A stretch of 46,964 bases of DNA from Butyrivibrio sp. GTDB taxonomy: Bacteria > Bacillota > Clostridia > Lachnospirales > Lachnospiraceae. The DNA is taken from the NCBI GenBank assembly GCA_041583675.1, contig JBFHFI010000001.1, positions 1-46,964 on the forward strand. Direction: 5' to 3'. Positions 10,116 to 20,802 of the stretch are shown piece after piece. Numbering within the stretch: the stretch's first letter is position 1; each line of letters begins with the position of its first letter. The notes beneath the pieces were generated by a model, which was not told the DNA's origin, ran no database searches, and worked only from the letters and a program-made list of their open reading frames with translations. A program made the position numbers and the translations under genes.

Positions 10116-10399
10116 TGAATTTATAACTATATCGAATGATTTGTGCAAGAATTATTTAGCTAGTAAAACAAAACATGTATCCTTGTAAAAAACTCACTAA
10201 ATTCAAATAATTTACTAGTGTATTTTTGTATAATTATATATTTCTTTTTTGTGTAAATCAGCATATTGAACAAAAAAAATTCTTGTAAAATCTAACGAAA
10301 AATTACGAAAAATAAATCTTTATTTTTTTCCACTTTTATTATGTATTTTAAATTATTATCCCCTATTATTTTTAGTCCATAACATATAGAAAGAAACAT

Positions 10400-10455
10400 A
10401 AAAAAGACCCTTATATGAATATGGTCATTAAAATATCTACCATTCATACAAGAGC
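10400..10455 (-). terminator. Intrinsic terminator after iclR-like gene
   Basis: Minus strand GCTCTTGTATGAAT / ATTCATATAAGGGT then CTTTTTT. Confidence 0.55.
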
Positions 10456-10603
10456 TTCAGTTTAGCTAATCGCTTATATTCTTGTAAACTTTAATTTATT
10501 TAATTAACTTAACTTTTTTATGTTATTTTCTGCATTCCTTTCCACTGAAAAATATGCATTAACATCTAACAATAATCACTAAGTAAATACACGTTTATTA
10601 TAA

Positions 10604-11362
10604 TCACACAATATAACCCATTGCACGAGAAATCTGGGCAGCGGTTGATTGTACTTCACGTATTATCATAGGGAGTTTTTCATCTGTAATCTGGGAGATA
10701 TCCCCACTAACTCCAACAGCTGCAATACTCGTTCCTAAATAATCAAAAATAGGCGCTCCTATACACCTATGTCCAAGCATATGTTCTCCATCATCCATAG
10801 CCCATCCCTGTTTTCTCACTTGTTTGAGTTGTTTCTTAAATTCATATATATTCACAATCGTATTTTCAGTAAACTTTTGAAATTTACATTCATATAGTAT
10901 TTTATCCAATTCATCCCCAGAAAGGCAAGACATAAGGCATTTCCCAATAGACGAACAATATGCAGGCGTTTTATAACCAACATTTCCATTGGTCTTTTTA
11001 CTTGGATATAAATCCATTTTTTCAATATAGATAATTTGATCTCCATCCAAAGTCGCAAGATTTACAGTCAAATCAAGTTCCGAATATAATGTGGCCAAAT
11101 AAGGCTTTGCTTCTGTTTGAAGTTCCAAATGATTAATATGACTACTTGCCAATTCCATAAATTTGGGACCAATACTATAGTAACCTTTACGACTTTTTTG
11201 CACATATCCACGATTGCACATTGTTTTCAATAGCCTATAAACGGTAGTTTTACTCATTTCTGATTTTTCAACAATTTCAGTAAGATTCATAGATTGTTCT
11301 GTATTTGCAATTAACTCTATAATATTAAAAATTCGATCAATAACTCTCACATTGGTATCCAT
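10604..11362 (-). CDS. IclR family transcriptional regulator
   Basis: HTH SKTTVYRLLKTM; C-terminal PAYCSSIGK, GWAMDDGE...CIGAPIFD. Confidence 0.93.
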   Translation of the reverse strand: MDTNVRVIDRIFNIIELIANTEQSMNLTEIVEKSEMSKTTVYRLLKTMCNRGYVQKSRKGYYSIGPKFMELASSHINHLELQTEAKPYLATLYSELDLTVNLATLDGDQIIYIEKMDLYPSKKTNGNVGYKTPAYCSSIGKCLMSCLSGDELDKILYECKFQKFTENTIVNIYEFKKQLKQVRKQGWAMDDGEHMLGHRCIGAPIFDYLGTSIAAVGVSGDISQITDEKLPMIIREVQSTAAQISRAMGYIV

Positions 11363-11524
11363 TATTTTCCTCCTATAACAAATTAATATCTCAGTAATCT
11401 ATTCAGATTATTATTTTCTATACATTTCATTATTACTTTTTTTTCTTTTAAAATCAAGATGAATTCAGCTTTTTTTACATATTATATACTTTTATAGAAC
11501 AATAACTGTTACATTTACACAAAA

Positions 11525-11562
11525 ATTCCATAGCGTGGAACATCTGTTTTACACAACGGAAT
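11525..11562. promoter_or_regulatory. Candidate IclR operator pair
   Basis: Palindrome TTCCA-TAGCG-TGGAA (11526-11540) and degenerate copy TTTTACACAACGGAA (11547-11561) in the divergent iclR/FIST intergenic region. Confidence 0.55.
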
Positions 11563-11670
11563 ACGATGCTTGTAGGATTTTTGATTACATATAAAATAGA
11601 ATTTAACAAATTGATTTATTTTGAGAAGGTAATCAATTGGTTGCTAGTAAAATTTAAGGAGGAATCAGAT

Positions 11671-12837
11671 ATGTTTAAGGCAAATGTTGGTTCAAGTACG
11701 AATGGTAATCCAAAAAATGCAGGGAAAGAAGCTGCTGTTTCAGCAACAAGAGGATTATCAGATGTAAAAGTTGTATTTTTATATGCAAGCTGTGAATATG
11801 ATTTAAAGAAGGTAATTGAAGGTGTGAAAGAAACACTTCCAAAAACATTAATTCTTGGTAACACTTCTTTTACCGGAATCATCACTCCGGAAGGTTATAT
11901 AGGTGGAAATAATCCTTTTGTAGGTATTTTAGCCTTTGACGACCCAGATATGAGTGTTGGAATTGCTGCCATAGAAAAAAATGGTAGTGCTGAAGAAAAT
12001 GGAAAATCCTTAGCAAAAGCTGCTATGGCTTCAGCTGGAAAATCAACACCCCCAGATTATTTTTATATGGCTGCATCTCCTGCTGAAGAAGAATTTTATC
12101 TAAAAGGTATTTCATCTATCATTGGTCGAATTCCATTTTTTGGTGGCTCTTCCGCAGATAATAGCATTTCTGGAAAATGGAAATTATATGCAGATAGTAC
12201 TGTTTTTTCAGATGGCGCCATTGTGGCATTTTTCTATAACGGTCCTAAAATGAATAATTTATTTACTGGTGCCTACCATGAAACTAATGATTTTGGTGTG
12301 ATTACCAAAGTGACTAATAATCGTAATCTAGTTGAAATTGATGGTATTCCTGCCACCAAAAAATATGCACAATGGTTAGGTCTTGATATGGATGCCGTAA
12401 CTGGTTGTAATCTACTGGTAACAGCCATCACCTCTCCTCTTGGTGTAAAAGACCGCTTAGGAGATTTAATCGCAATTCGTCATCCAATGAATGGAAATGA
12501 TGATTTTTCTATGGCAATTGGTAATAACCTATCTGAAAAAACTTGTATTATCCGTATGGAAGCGACTGTAGATGAATTAATTGATTCTGCAGGAAAAACA
12601 CTAACAGAACTTATCTCGAAAATTCCTGGTAAGCCTCTAGCCTTTCATCTTGTACACTGTGGTGGACGACGTGCTGGAATTGGTGACAGAATAGATGAAG
12701 TTGCCGAAGGTATTAAACTTGCAGCTGGAGATATCCCATATATTGTAGAATTCACTTTTGGAGAATATGGTTTTGAAAGTGATAACAACAACACCTGTGG
12801 TGGTCTAATGCTATCCTTCACAGGCTTTTATGAATAA
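11671..12837 (+). CDS. Stand-alone FIST (FIST_N + FIST_C) domain protein
   Basis: GNTSFTG, PFFGGSSAD, VEIDGIPA, HCGGR, FTFGEYG are FIST-like motifs. Start moved to ATG 11671 (SD AAGGAGG). Confidence 0.78.
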   Translation: MFKANVGSSTNGNPKNAGKEAAVSATRGLSDVKVVFLYASCEYDLKKVIEGVKETLPKTLILGNTSFTGIITPEGYIGGNNPFVGILAFDDPDMSVGIAAIEKNGSAEENGKSLAKAAMASAGKSTPPDYFYMAASPAEEEFYLKGISSIIGRIPFFGGSSADNSISGKWKLYADSTVFSDGAIVAFFYNGPKMNNLFTGAYHETNDFGVITKVTNNRNLVEIDGIPATKKYAQWLGLDMDAVTGCNLLVTAITSPLGVKDRLGDLIAIRHPMNGNDDFSMAIGNNLSEKTCIIRMEATVDELIDSAGKTLTELISKIPGKPLAFHLVHCGGRRAGIGDRIDEVAEGIKLAAGDIPYIVEFTFGEYGFESDNNNTCGGLMLSFTGFYE

Positions 12838-12857
12838 CCCAACAAAGGAGAAAATTT

Positions 12858-14291
12858 ATGAAAATGTTAATTAATGGTCAGCTTTCTGACGCAAAAGATG
12901 GTAAAGTTATCAATGTAATTAATCCTGCTACCGGGGAAATCCTGGAAACAGTACCAATGGCTACAAAAGAAGATATTGATTTTGCAGTCTCTGCTGCTGT
13001 GTCTGCCCAGAAAATATGGGCCAAGGTTCCAGTGTTTGAAAAAGTCGAAATTATGTATAAATTTATATCCCTTGTAGAAGATCAAAAAGAAGAATTATCC
13101 AAAACTTTATCTGATGAAACAGGAAAACCTATCAATGAAGCAAGGGGTGAAATTGATAATATATCCATTGCCTTTAAAGCTTTTTCTGAAAAAGCAAAAC
13201 ATTTATATGGGGAAGTAATTCCCTCTGGTTTTGAAAAAAATCAAACGGGTCATATTTTACTAACCCAAAAAGAGCCCCTAGGCGTTGTCGCATGTATTAT
13301 CCCTTTTAATTTTCCATGTGACTTATTTGATCAAAAAGTTGCACCTGCACTTTTATCTGGAAATGCAGCTATTGTAAAACCATCTACAGATAATCCTTTA
13401 ACGCTTTGTAAACTTGCACATCTTTTGGCAAAAGCTGGTGTAACACCAGGTGCAATCTCTATTATTACAGGACGTGGTTCTGTAGTTGGCTCACAATTAT
13501 GTGCCAATCCGAATGTGCATCTTGTTACACTTACCGGTTCTACAGAAGTTGGTATCGAAACAGCAAGAGCATGTGCCGAAAACTTAACTCATGTTGCTTT
13601 GGAACTGGGTGGAAATGATGCTTTTCTTGTTCTTGAAGATGCAGATGTAGATTTAGCCACAGATGAACTTATATGGGGTCGTATGTACAATACTGGTCAA
13701 GTATGCTGTGCTTCCAAGCGTTTTCTCGTTCATAAAAACCGTGTGGATGAATTTACCAAAAAAGCAATTGAAAAGATAAGTGCCATCCCACTTGGAATGC
13801 CCGCAGATGAAACCACGAAACTTGGATGTCTTATCAGTGAAAAAGCAGCTATAGAAATTGAAAAACAGGTCCAACTAACTATAAATGAAGGTGGAAAAAT
13901 TCTTCTTGGTGGAAAAAGAGATGGTGCATTCTATCAACCAACCGTAATTGGTAATGTCCCAAAAACATCATCTGTAGCCACTGACCTAGAAATTTTCGGT
14001 CCAGTCGTTCCCATCATATCTTTTGATACAATAGAAGAAGCTATTGAGATAGCCAACAGTTCTAAATTCGGTTTATGTGGTTGTGTTTTCTCTGAAAATA
14101 TGAAAACTGCTGCAAAAGTTGCAAATGCCTTGGAATGTGGTGGCGTAGTAATCAATGGTGCTAGTTTCTTTAGAAGTTTTGAAATGCCTTTTGGTGGTTA
14201 TAAGTTTTCAGGTATTGGAACAGAAGGAGTGTTGAGTACATTTAATGAAATGACACATACTAAAACAATTGTATTAAAAAATATTCTTTAA
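12858..14291 (+). CDS. NAD(P)-dependent aldehyde dehydrogenase, substrate unknown
   Basis: IIPFNFP, TGSTEVG, LELGG, catalytic GQVCCA, EIFGPV, PFGGYKFSGIG. Confidence 0.93.
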   Translation: MKMLINGQLSDAKDGKVINVINPATGEILETVPMATKEDIDFAVSAAVSAQKIWAKVPVFEKVEIMYKFISLVEDQKEELSKTLSDETGKPINEARGEIDNISIAFKAFSEKAKHLYGEVIPSGFEKNQTGHILLTQKEPLGVVACIIPFNFPCDLFDQKVAPALLSGNAAIVKPSTDNPLTLCKLAHLLAKAGVTPGAISIITGRGSVVGSQLCANPNVHLVTLTGSTEVGIETARACAENLTHVALELGGNDAFLVLEDADVDLATDELIWGRMYNTGQVCCASKRFLVHKNRVDEFTKKAIEKISAIPLGMPADETTKLGCLISEKAAIEIEKQVQLTINEGGKILLGGKRDGAFYQPTVIGNVPKTSSVATDLEIFGPVVPIISFDTIEEAIEIANSSKFGLCGCVFSENMKTAAKVANALECGGVVINGASFFRSFEMPFGGYKFSGIGTEGVLSTFNEMTHTKTIVLKNIL

Positions 14292-14306
14292 TCTTTTATT
14301 TACACT

Positions 14307-14352
14307 TAAAAAGCTCTGTGAATGTATTAAATTACACTCACAGAGCTTTTTA
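14307..14352. terminator. Bidirectional terminator between ALDH and chemoreceptor 2
   Basis: TAAAAAGCTCTGTGA / TCACAGAGCTTTTTA inverted repeat between convergent genes. Confidence 0.85.
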
Positions 14353-14411
14353 TCATATCTTTAACCTTATATCTTATTAACTCAATTTATAATTTAGAGT
14401 TACCCTTAAAA

Positions 14412-16517
14412 CTATAAACAAAATGTACTAACTGATTCCAATAATTTTTCTGCCATCTCCGATAATTCTGTAGCCGCATTTGCAATTTCTTCCGCCACAC
14501 TTGTCTGTTCTTCTGTGGATGCTGCAATTTCTTCAATCTCAGCTGATGATTCTTCAAGAATACCTGACATCCTATCAACTGCTTCAGTTACCGAAGTCCC
14601 AGATTCTTTTACGTTTGCCACAAAAGAAACAACTTCCTTCATACCATCTAATAACGCCATTATCTTTTCATCAATTTGTATAAATGCCACTTTTGATTCT
14701 TCAACTGTATCAATACCACTTTTTACATATTCTGTTTCTTCATCCATCATATTATGTACAATTTTGATACTTTCAGTTATTCCTAAAATCAATTCAGAAA
14801 TCCCCTGTGCAGACTTCTGAGATTGATTTGCTAATTTTCCAATTTCACCTGCAACAACTGCAAAGCCTCTTCCACTTTCTCCCGCTCTTGCAGCTTCTAT
14901 CGCCGCATTCAAAGAAAGTAAATTCGTCTTTTCAGCAATTTCTGTAATAATTCCATTAATTTGCTCTATTTCCGAAGATTGGTGAATTAATTCTTCCATA
15001 ACACCTTCTATTTTTTGTGTCTGTATTTGAATTTTCTCCATTCCTGAAATAGTGGATATAATCTTTTCATCTCCAATTCTAGCCTTATCACTTACAATCT
15101 CTGCTTCTGATTCCATTTGATCTATTTTAGATGTTGCATTAATTAACATTTCATTCATTTTATGAGTCATTGTATTAATATTTTCTACATACTCTGTTTG
15201 ATTCTGTGCCCCAGCACTCATTTCTGCCATCCTATCTGAAACTGTTTCAGAAGAAGCCATTGTTTCTGCTGAAGCACTAGACAATTCTTGACTTGAACTA
15301 GATAGTTGTTCTGAAATTCCAGCAATCTCTTTAATAAGATTTCTAATCGTTGTAACCATTATAGCTAAGCCCTTAGTCATCTGGCTTAATTCATCACCTT
15401 CACTTAAATTCATCTTATTTACAGGTAAATTTGGCTTTTTAATAGCTTTTCGTTTGAATAATTTTCTTGTATTGTCTTCTTTAATCTCAACTGTTAGATC
15501 CCCTCCTGTTACAATGCTCATAAATTTTTGAACCTTTTTAATTCGATTTACCATTAAATAAGAGTTTAGAGTAGTAATCAAACCAGCAATTAACATCATT
15601 ATTGCACCAATTACAATTGCTTCTAATAACATTGTGTTCACTGATGCCAGATACTCAGACTTCACTGCATTTATACAAAGCATCCAATTTCCAATAGTTT
15701 GATATAATGTGATTTTATCTACTCCGTAAATTGTATAATCAACTCTTCCTGACCCACCATTATCTGGATCTAATAAGTTATCTGCTAATTCAGACACACC
15801 CAAGTCAGCAATGTTACTTCCAACCAATGCAGCATCTTTTTCATAAATATATTCTCCCTTTGAATCTAATAAATATGCATATCCACTTTCATTAATCTTA
15901 ATTTCCTTTAAGATATCCTTAATATAGTCGATATTCATTACCGTAGCCAAAACTGCAACAACTCCTTCGCTACTAATCACTGGAACACTAGTTACTTCAA
16001 CTAAGTTCCCTGTCGATTTTGATATTAATACATCACTATGACAAGTAATACCTCCTAAACTTTCCTGAAAATATTCTCTTTCAGATAAATCATATCCTAC
16101 CAAAGTACTTTCTTTAGAATCATATAAAACAACACCGTCTACATTAATCAATAAAACATTTTCCATATAAGGCGAGTAATTAGCCACCATAGAATCAGCC
16201 AATAAATCAAAGGTGTCATCTACAACTCCATTCAACATGCTTCTAACATAATTTGTATCACTAAGAACAATTAACTCATCTGATTGTCCCTCACGGATCG
16301 TTGTAATATCAGCATCTACTGCATCTAACTGTAATTGAATTTGTGTTTCAATTTCCGTTGTTATCAATTTAGCGCTCAATTTATATAATAAAGCTATAAT
16401 TGTGATTAAGGCAATCATAACAATACATAAATTTACAAATAAATTCTTAAATAACAAGCTATCTTTTATTTTTAAATTCTTTAAATTTTGTTTATTCAAC
16501 TTTTTTGTTTTTTTCAA
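14412..16517 (-). CDS. Methyl-accepting chemotaxis protein (TM-dCache-TM-HAMP-MA), paralog 2
   Basis: Colinear and highly similar to 7619-9745. TTG start at 16517 chosen by homology and the shared upstream GTGAAACAGAAAAGAGGA; the ORF is open to 16595. Confidence 0.92.
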   Translation of the reverse strand: MKKTKKLNKQNLKNLKIKDSLLFKNLFVNLCIVMIALITIIALLYKLSAKLITTEIETQIQLQLDAVDADITTIREGQSDELIVLSDTNYVRSMLNGVVDDTFDLLADSMVANYSPYMENVLLINVDGVVLYDSKESTLVGYDLSEREYFQESLGGITCHSDVLISKSTGNLVEVTSVPVISSEGVVAVLATVMNIDYIKDILKEIKINESGYAYLLDSKGEYIYEKDAALVGSNIADLGVSELADNLLDPDNGGSGRVDYTIYGVDKITLYQTIGNWMLCINAVKSEYLASVNTMLLEAIVIGAIMMLIAGLITTLNSYLMVNRIKKVQKFMSIVTGGDLTVEIKEDNTRKLFKRKAIKKPNLPVNKMNLSEGDELSQMTKGLAIMVTTIRNLIKEIAGISEQLSSSSQELSSASAETMASSETVSDRMAEMSAGAQNQTEYVENINTMTHKMNEMLINATSKIDQMESEAEIVSDKARIGDEKIISTISGMEKIQIQTQKIEGVMEELIHQSSEIEQINGIITEIAEKTNLLSLNAAIEAARAGESGRGFAVVAGEIGKLANQSQKSAQGISELILGITESIKIVHNMMDEETEYVKSGIDTVEESKVAFIQIDEKIMALLDGMKEVVSFVANVKESGTSVTEAVDRMSGILEESSAEIEEIAASTEEQTSVAEEIANAATELSEMAEKLLESVSTFCL

Positions 16518-16620
16518 TTTTACATATCCTCTTTTCTGTTTCACCAAACCCTTGTATCTGTAATTTCTCTTTGATAATATTTCAATTATTATCAATAATT
16601 CGATTAAATATATATTCTTT

Positions 16621-16642
16621 TATTTTTGCTGGAGCAAAAATA
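16621..16642. promoter_or_regulatory. Perfect inverted repeat, candidate operator
   Basis: TATTTTTGCT-GG-AGCAAAAATA upstream of chemoreceptor 2. Confidence 0.35.
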
Positions 16643-16939
16643 TAATCTTAAACAATACATATACGTCTTTAACTTTAATTTCAACTTCAAATTTATTATT
16701 TAGGGGTAAATTTATTTTTATTTATAACTATTTTTATACCTTATAAACCTTTATTTAATTCCGAAATATTGTTTTATGCTATTTTTTTTTCGTTTTTACA
16801 AATTTTGTATTTCTTTTGTTTTGTTTTTATGTTAAAATATAAAAATAACACACTATAAATCCAACTCACATCACATTTTCTTAACTAAAAACCCTTATTT
16901 AAAAATTAATATACTATTTCAAAAAAAAAGGAGAATACT

Positions 16940-17689
16940 ATGTTTGCAATACAAAGATTAGAACGAATTATGGAACTACTAGACGAAAAAGGAATCGTAA
17001 ATGTAAATGAGCTAGTTGACCTTCTAAATGTTAGCGATGTAACCATTAGAAAGGACTTGAATCATCTACAGGAAGAAGGCTTACTTACGAAAACTCATGG
17101 TGGGGCAATTTCCAATAAAAACAATTCAACATATTCTTTAGGCCACAAAGCAATCGCCGACTCCGTCTCTGACAATAAGGATAGATTAGCTCAATTCGCC
17201 AGTACTTACGTTCAAGATGGCGACACCCTTTTTCTTGGATCCGGAATAACTTGTACATCTTTCGCAAAATATTTGGTAGATTTTAAAGACCTATCAATTA
17301 TTACCAATAATATAGAAGCAGTTCAATATTTAAGGGACAATTGTAAAACTGCAATTTTAATTGGAGGCGAAATTATTTTTCACAAAAATCATTCTTTCAC
17401 TACCAGCACAAAGATACATGAGTATTTGAATTCTTACAATATCAACAAAGCTATTACTAGTTGTGCTGGAATTGATTTAAAAGTCGGAATTTCTGTCTCA
17501 ACTGAATATAGCAAAAATATTATTACAGCCGTTTTGAATGTTGCCAACAGTTGGTATGTTATTGCTGATGAACATAAGTTTGATTTCATATCACCTTATA
17601 AACTTGCAAATATAGAAAAACCAAAATACATTATAACTGATAACACAGATTCTAAATATAAATTTTGTAGTAATATTGTACACCCATAA
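16940..17689 (+). CDS. DeoR/GlpR family regulator (probable inositol regulon repressor)
   Basis: VSDVTIRKDLNHL, KTHGGA, GDTLFLGSGIT, IITNN; adjacent to the iol cluster. Confidence 0.9.
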   Translation: MFAIQRLERIMELLDEKGIVNVNELVDLLNVSDVTIRKDLNHLQEEGLLTKTHGGAISNKNNSTYSLGHKAIADSVSDNKDRLAQFASTYVQDGDTLFLGSGITCTSFAKYLVDFKDLSIITNNIEAVQYLRDNCKTAILIGGEIIFHKNHSFTTSTKIHEYLNSYNINKAITSCAGIDLKVGISVSTEYSKNIITAVLNVANSWYVIADEHKFDFISPYKLANIEKPKYIITDNTDSKYKFCSNIVHP

Positions 17690-17857
17690 CGGACTTCTTC
17701 TTATATTATAGGTGAATATTCATCTCAATATTTTCATTTAAATAAATGTTTTCAACAAAATATAGTAAAAAAAGTCCAACATCAAGTTTTTCAATTTTAA
17801 AGTATCTATTTTGACTTTTTTTATTATTTTTTAATCAGAATATTCCAAGATACAATT

Positions 17858-18490
17858 TTAAGTTGCTTCTTTTTTTTGTGTTTTTTTAATTATTACATCT
17901 GCAACATGTTCCTTAAAAAAACCAATTAAAGGCCCCATAAAAAGTGCTGTTATTATTGTACCAACTCCTACAACTCCCCCTAAAATATATCCTATTACTA
18001 CACAAAATAAATCTGTTCCCATTCTTAAAAATTTATATTCGCCCAATTTTTTATCTCTCATTATTAGTGCAATTGCATCATAAGTTGAGACCCCTAAATC
18101 TGCTGTAAAATAAATCGATGTTGCAAAACACATGATAACAATTCCAAAAATCATCAAAAATACTCTTTGTAAAAAACTCAATGTCTCTCCTAATAAATAA
18201 TGAATAATATATTCTGAAAATTCAGCAATATATCCATAGAAAAAAACATTTAACAATGTTGCTATTCCAATATAATGTTTTTTTATAAGAAAAACGGTTA
18301 TTAACATCAAAACATTTAAAATTGCATAAAATGTCCCAAATCCAATTACAGTTATATTACTACTTAAACCATATACAAAAACTTGAAACGGATCTGTTCC
18401 AAACATAGAACATTTAAACATTCCAACTGATATTCCTCCAACTGTAACCCCTGCTAATGACATAAATATTCTTATTATTTTATTTTCCAT
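17858..18490 (-). CDS. YczE/YyaS/YitT-like membrane protein
   Basis: FGTDPF, GIATLLN, DLGVSTYD, GVVGVGTII...GPLI; multiple TMs. Confidence 0.78.
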   Translation of the reverse strand: MENKIIRIFMSLAGVTVGGISVGMFKCSMFGTDPFQVFVYGLSSNITVIGFGTFYAILNVLMLITVFLIKKHYIGIATLLNVFFYGYIAEFSEYIIHYLLGETLSFLQRVFLMIFGIVIMCFATSIYFTADLGVSTYDAIALIMRDKKLGEYKFLRMGTDLFCVVIGYILGGVVGVGTIITALFMGPLIGFFKEHVADVIIKKTQKKEAT

Positions 18491-18562
18491 TATCCCCTCT
18501 TTCGTACTTAAAAGTAACTTTGTATTTAATAATATTTTAAAAATTTCATTTTTCTAATATAA

Positions 18563-18597
18563 CGATAAAAGACTGGTACACAACCGGTCTTTTATCG
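18563..18597 (-). terminator. Terminator hairpin after iolD
   Basis: CGATAAAAGACTGGT / ACCGGTCTTTTATCG inverted repeat. Confidence 0.7.
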
Positions 18598-18661
18598 CTC
18601 TCAACATAAGTGCTTAAACTACATTTTCATTAATTCATCTTATAAATATTAAGTGTTTTTT

Positions 18662-20590
18662 TTAATATATTCTTGAAACTGCTCTTCCTTTGATAACATC
18701 TTTATATGCTTTTTGAACACTTTCTTTTACAGACGTAGATGCTAGTCCTATATTCCAAAAAGTCTCATAACTATTGGTCATAGTCTTTGGGATTGTTTTA
18801 ATATCGATTAATGTAGACACCTTTTGTTTCTTTGAATCTTCTATCGCAACTTTCAATTCTTCTAATGATTTAACTACATAAGTTTTTAATCCATATCCAT
18901 CTCCAATTTTAGCAAAATCAATAGGTATCAAATTCCCACATGGTTTATATCCTTCTCTGTATCTAAATTCAGTTGCTAAAGAATCTACCCCATTGCCCAT
19001 TTGAAGATTATTAATACAACCAAATCCACAATTATCAAATAAAAGTATATTAATTTTTTTCATTTCTTGTTGTGCGGTCATAATTTCGGAATGTGCCATT
19101 TGAAAAGAACCATCTCCACAAAATGCATAAACCTCTTTATCTGATTCAGCTAATTTTGCTCCTAATGTTGCAGCAATTTCATATCCCATACATGAATAAC
19201 CATATTCTGCATGATATCCTTTAAATGAATCCGTCTCCCAAATCCTTTCAAGATCTGATGGTAATGAACCTCCCGCTGAAACAACAATTGCATCTTTATC
19301 TAAAATTTCATTTAATAAACAAAGTGCTGCAGATTGTGTAACTGATGTACCATGAAGTTTAATAAACTCATCAACTGTCCTTGCATCACGTGCTTCTACC
19401 ATTGGTTTAAAGTCTTCCTTATAAACTGCATCAGCTAATTTTTGCCTTTCCACTTTCCATTCTGATTTTGCATCTTTAATTTCTGTACTATATCCTGATT
19501 TGTATCCTTTTTTCTCAAGCTTTTTTTCTAATTCTATTAATGTAGCCTTCGCATCTCCAACTGCTCTTACTGCATCAAACTTTTCTGCATGAAAGGAACT
19601 TGTATTAATAGAAACAAATTGAACATCGGGATTTTGAAATTGACTTTTAGAACCGGTCACAAAATCATTCATTCTTGTTCCTATTGATATAATAACATCG
19701 GCAGCTAAAGCTAAACGATTAGATGCTAAAGTTCCACATACTCCAATTCCACCTGTGCATAATTCATGGGAACCTTTAGCCGCGCTTTTCCCAGCTTGTG
19801 TTTCTGCAAAAGGAATATTGAATTTTTCACAAAACTTTTCTAAAACCTCACCAGCTTCCGAATATTTAACTCCTCCACCACAAATCACAAGAGGCTTTTT
19901 CGCTTTATTAATAATTTCAACAATATCTTCCAATTCTTCATCAACTGCTATCGGTCTTGTAATTTTATGTACTCGTTTTTTAAAAAAGCACTCTGGGTAA
20001 TCAAAAGATTCTCCCTCAACGTCTTGACAAATACTAATACAAACTGCCCCTGTATCCGAAGGATCTGTTAAAACTCTCATTGCGTTAATCATTGCAGACA
20101 TCAATTGTTCAGGTCTGGTTATTTTATCCCAATATTTAGTCACTGGCTTAAAAGCGTCATTTGTTGAAATTGACAAATTATAAGTTTGTTCTATTTCTTG
20201 TAATACTGGAGATGGTTGCCTGTTTGCATATCCATCTGCAGGAATTACAAGCAAAGGAATATTATTCACCGTTGCCGTTGCACAACCTGTTACCATATTT
20301 GCAGCTCCTGGTCCTATACTAGAAGAACATGGGATTATTTTTTTTCTATTATTTTGTTTTGCAAATCCTATTGCAACATTGCACATTCCCTGTTCATTTC
20401 TACCTTGATACACTTTAAGCTCTCCCTCATAAGTGTCCAACGCCTCTCCTAGACCAATCGCTATTCCATGTCCAAAAATTGTAAATACTCCATCAACAAA
20501 TTTGGTGACTTCTCCATCATAAGATATATATTGATTATCTAAAAACTTTACAAGAGCCTGTGCTGTTGTCATTCTTATGGTTGTTGTCAT
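18662..20590 (-). CDS. iolD: 3D-(3,5/4)-trihydroxycyclohexane-1,2-dione acylhydrolase (ThDP-dependent)
   Basis: RMTTAQALVKFLDNQY, IFGHG, QGRNEQGM, EYGYSCMGYEI, GDGS, GFGCINNLQ. Confidence 0.95.
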   Translation of the reverse strand: MTTTIRMTTAQALVKFLDNQYISYDGEVTKFVDGVFTIFGHGIAIGLGEALDTYEGELKVYQGRNEQGMCNVAIGFAKQNNRKKIIPCSSSIGPGAANMVTGCATATVNNIPLLVIPADGYANRQPSPVLQEIEQTYNLSISTNDAFKPVTKYWDKITRPEQLMSAMINAMRVLTDPSDTGAVCISICQDVEGESFDYPECFFKKRVHKITRPIAVDEELEDIVEIINKAKKPLVICGGGVKYSEAGEVLEKFCEKFNIPFAETQAGKSAAKGSHELCTGGIGVCGTLASNRLALAADVIISIGTRMNDFVTGSKSQFQNPDVQFVSINTSSFHAEKFDAVRAVGDAKATLIELEKKLEKKGYKSGYSTEIKDAKSEWKVERQKLADAVYKEDFKPMVEARDARTVDEFIKLHGTSVTQSAALCLLNEILDKDAIVVSAGGSLPSDLERIWETDSFKGYHAEYGYSCMGYEIAATLGAKLAESDKEVYAFCGDGSFQMAHSEIMTAQQEMKKINILLFDNCGFGCINNLQMGNGVDSLATEFRYREGYKPCGNLIPIDFAKIGDGYGLKTYVVKSLEELKVAIEDSKKQKVSTLIDIKTIPKTMTNSYETFWNIGLASTSVKESVQKAYKDVIKGRAVSRIY

Positions 20591-20667
20591 CTTTATTTCC
20601 TCCTATAAGATAATTATAAATTTCTAATATTATAATTTTATCTATCAAAACACTAAAAATTTTATAT

Positions 20668-20765
20668 AAATATTGATTTTTTATTAAAATATTAAAATCA
20701 CTTGATTTTATCAATTTTATTCGGTAGAAATATTGATTTTATATTACTATTATCTTGTGATTTTA
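20668..20765. promoter_or_regulatory. Cluster of TGATTTT sites upstream of iolD
   Basis: Palindrome TAAAATCA-CT-TGATTTTA (20693-20710) flanked by two exact AAATATTGATTTT copies (20668, 20728). Confidence 0.4.
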
Positions 20766-20802
20766 TATTATAAAAGTACTGTGTAATTTTATTTCAACTT
20801 TT

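Noticed and set aside
12858-14291. Calling the ALDH iolA/mmsA
   Set aside because: It has a standard ELGG and GQVCCA rather than the MmsA-type GAKNH / GERCMA motifs, and it sits in a separate IclR-linked unit.
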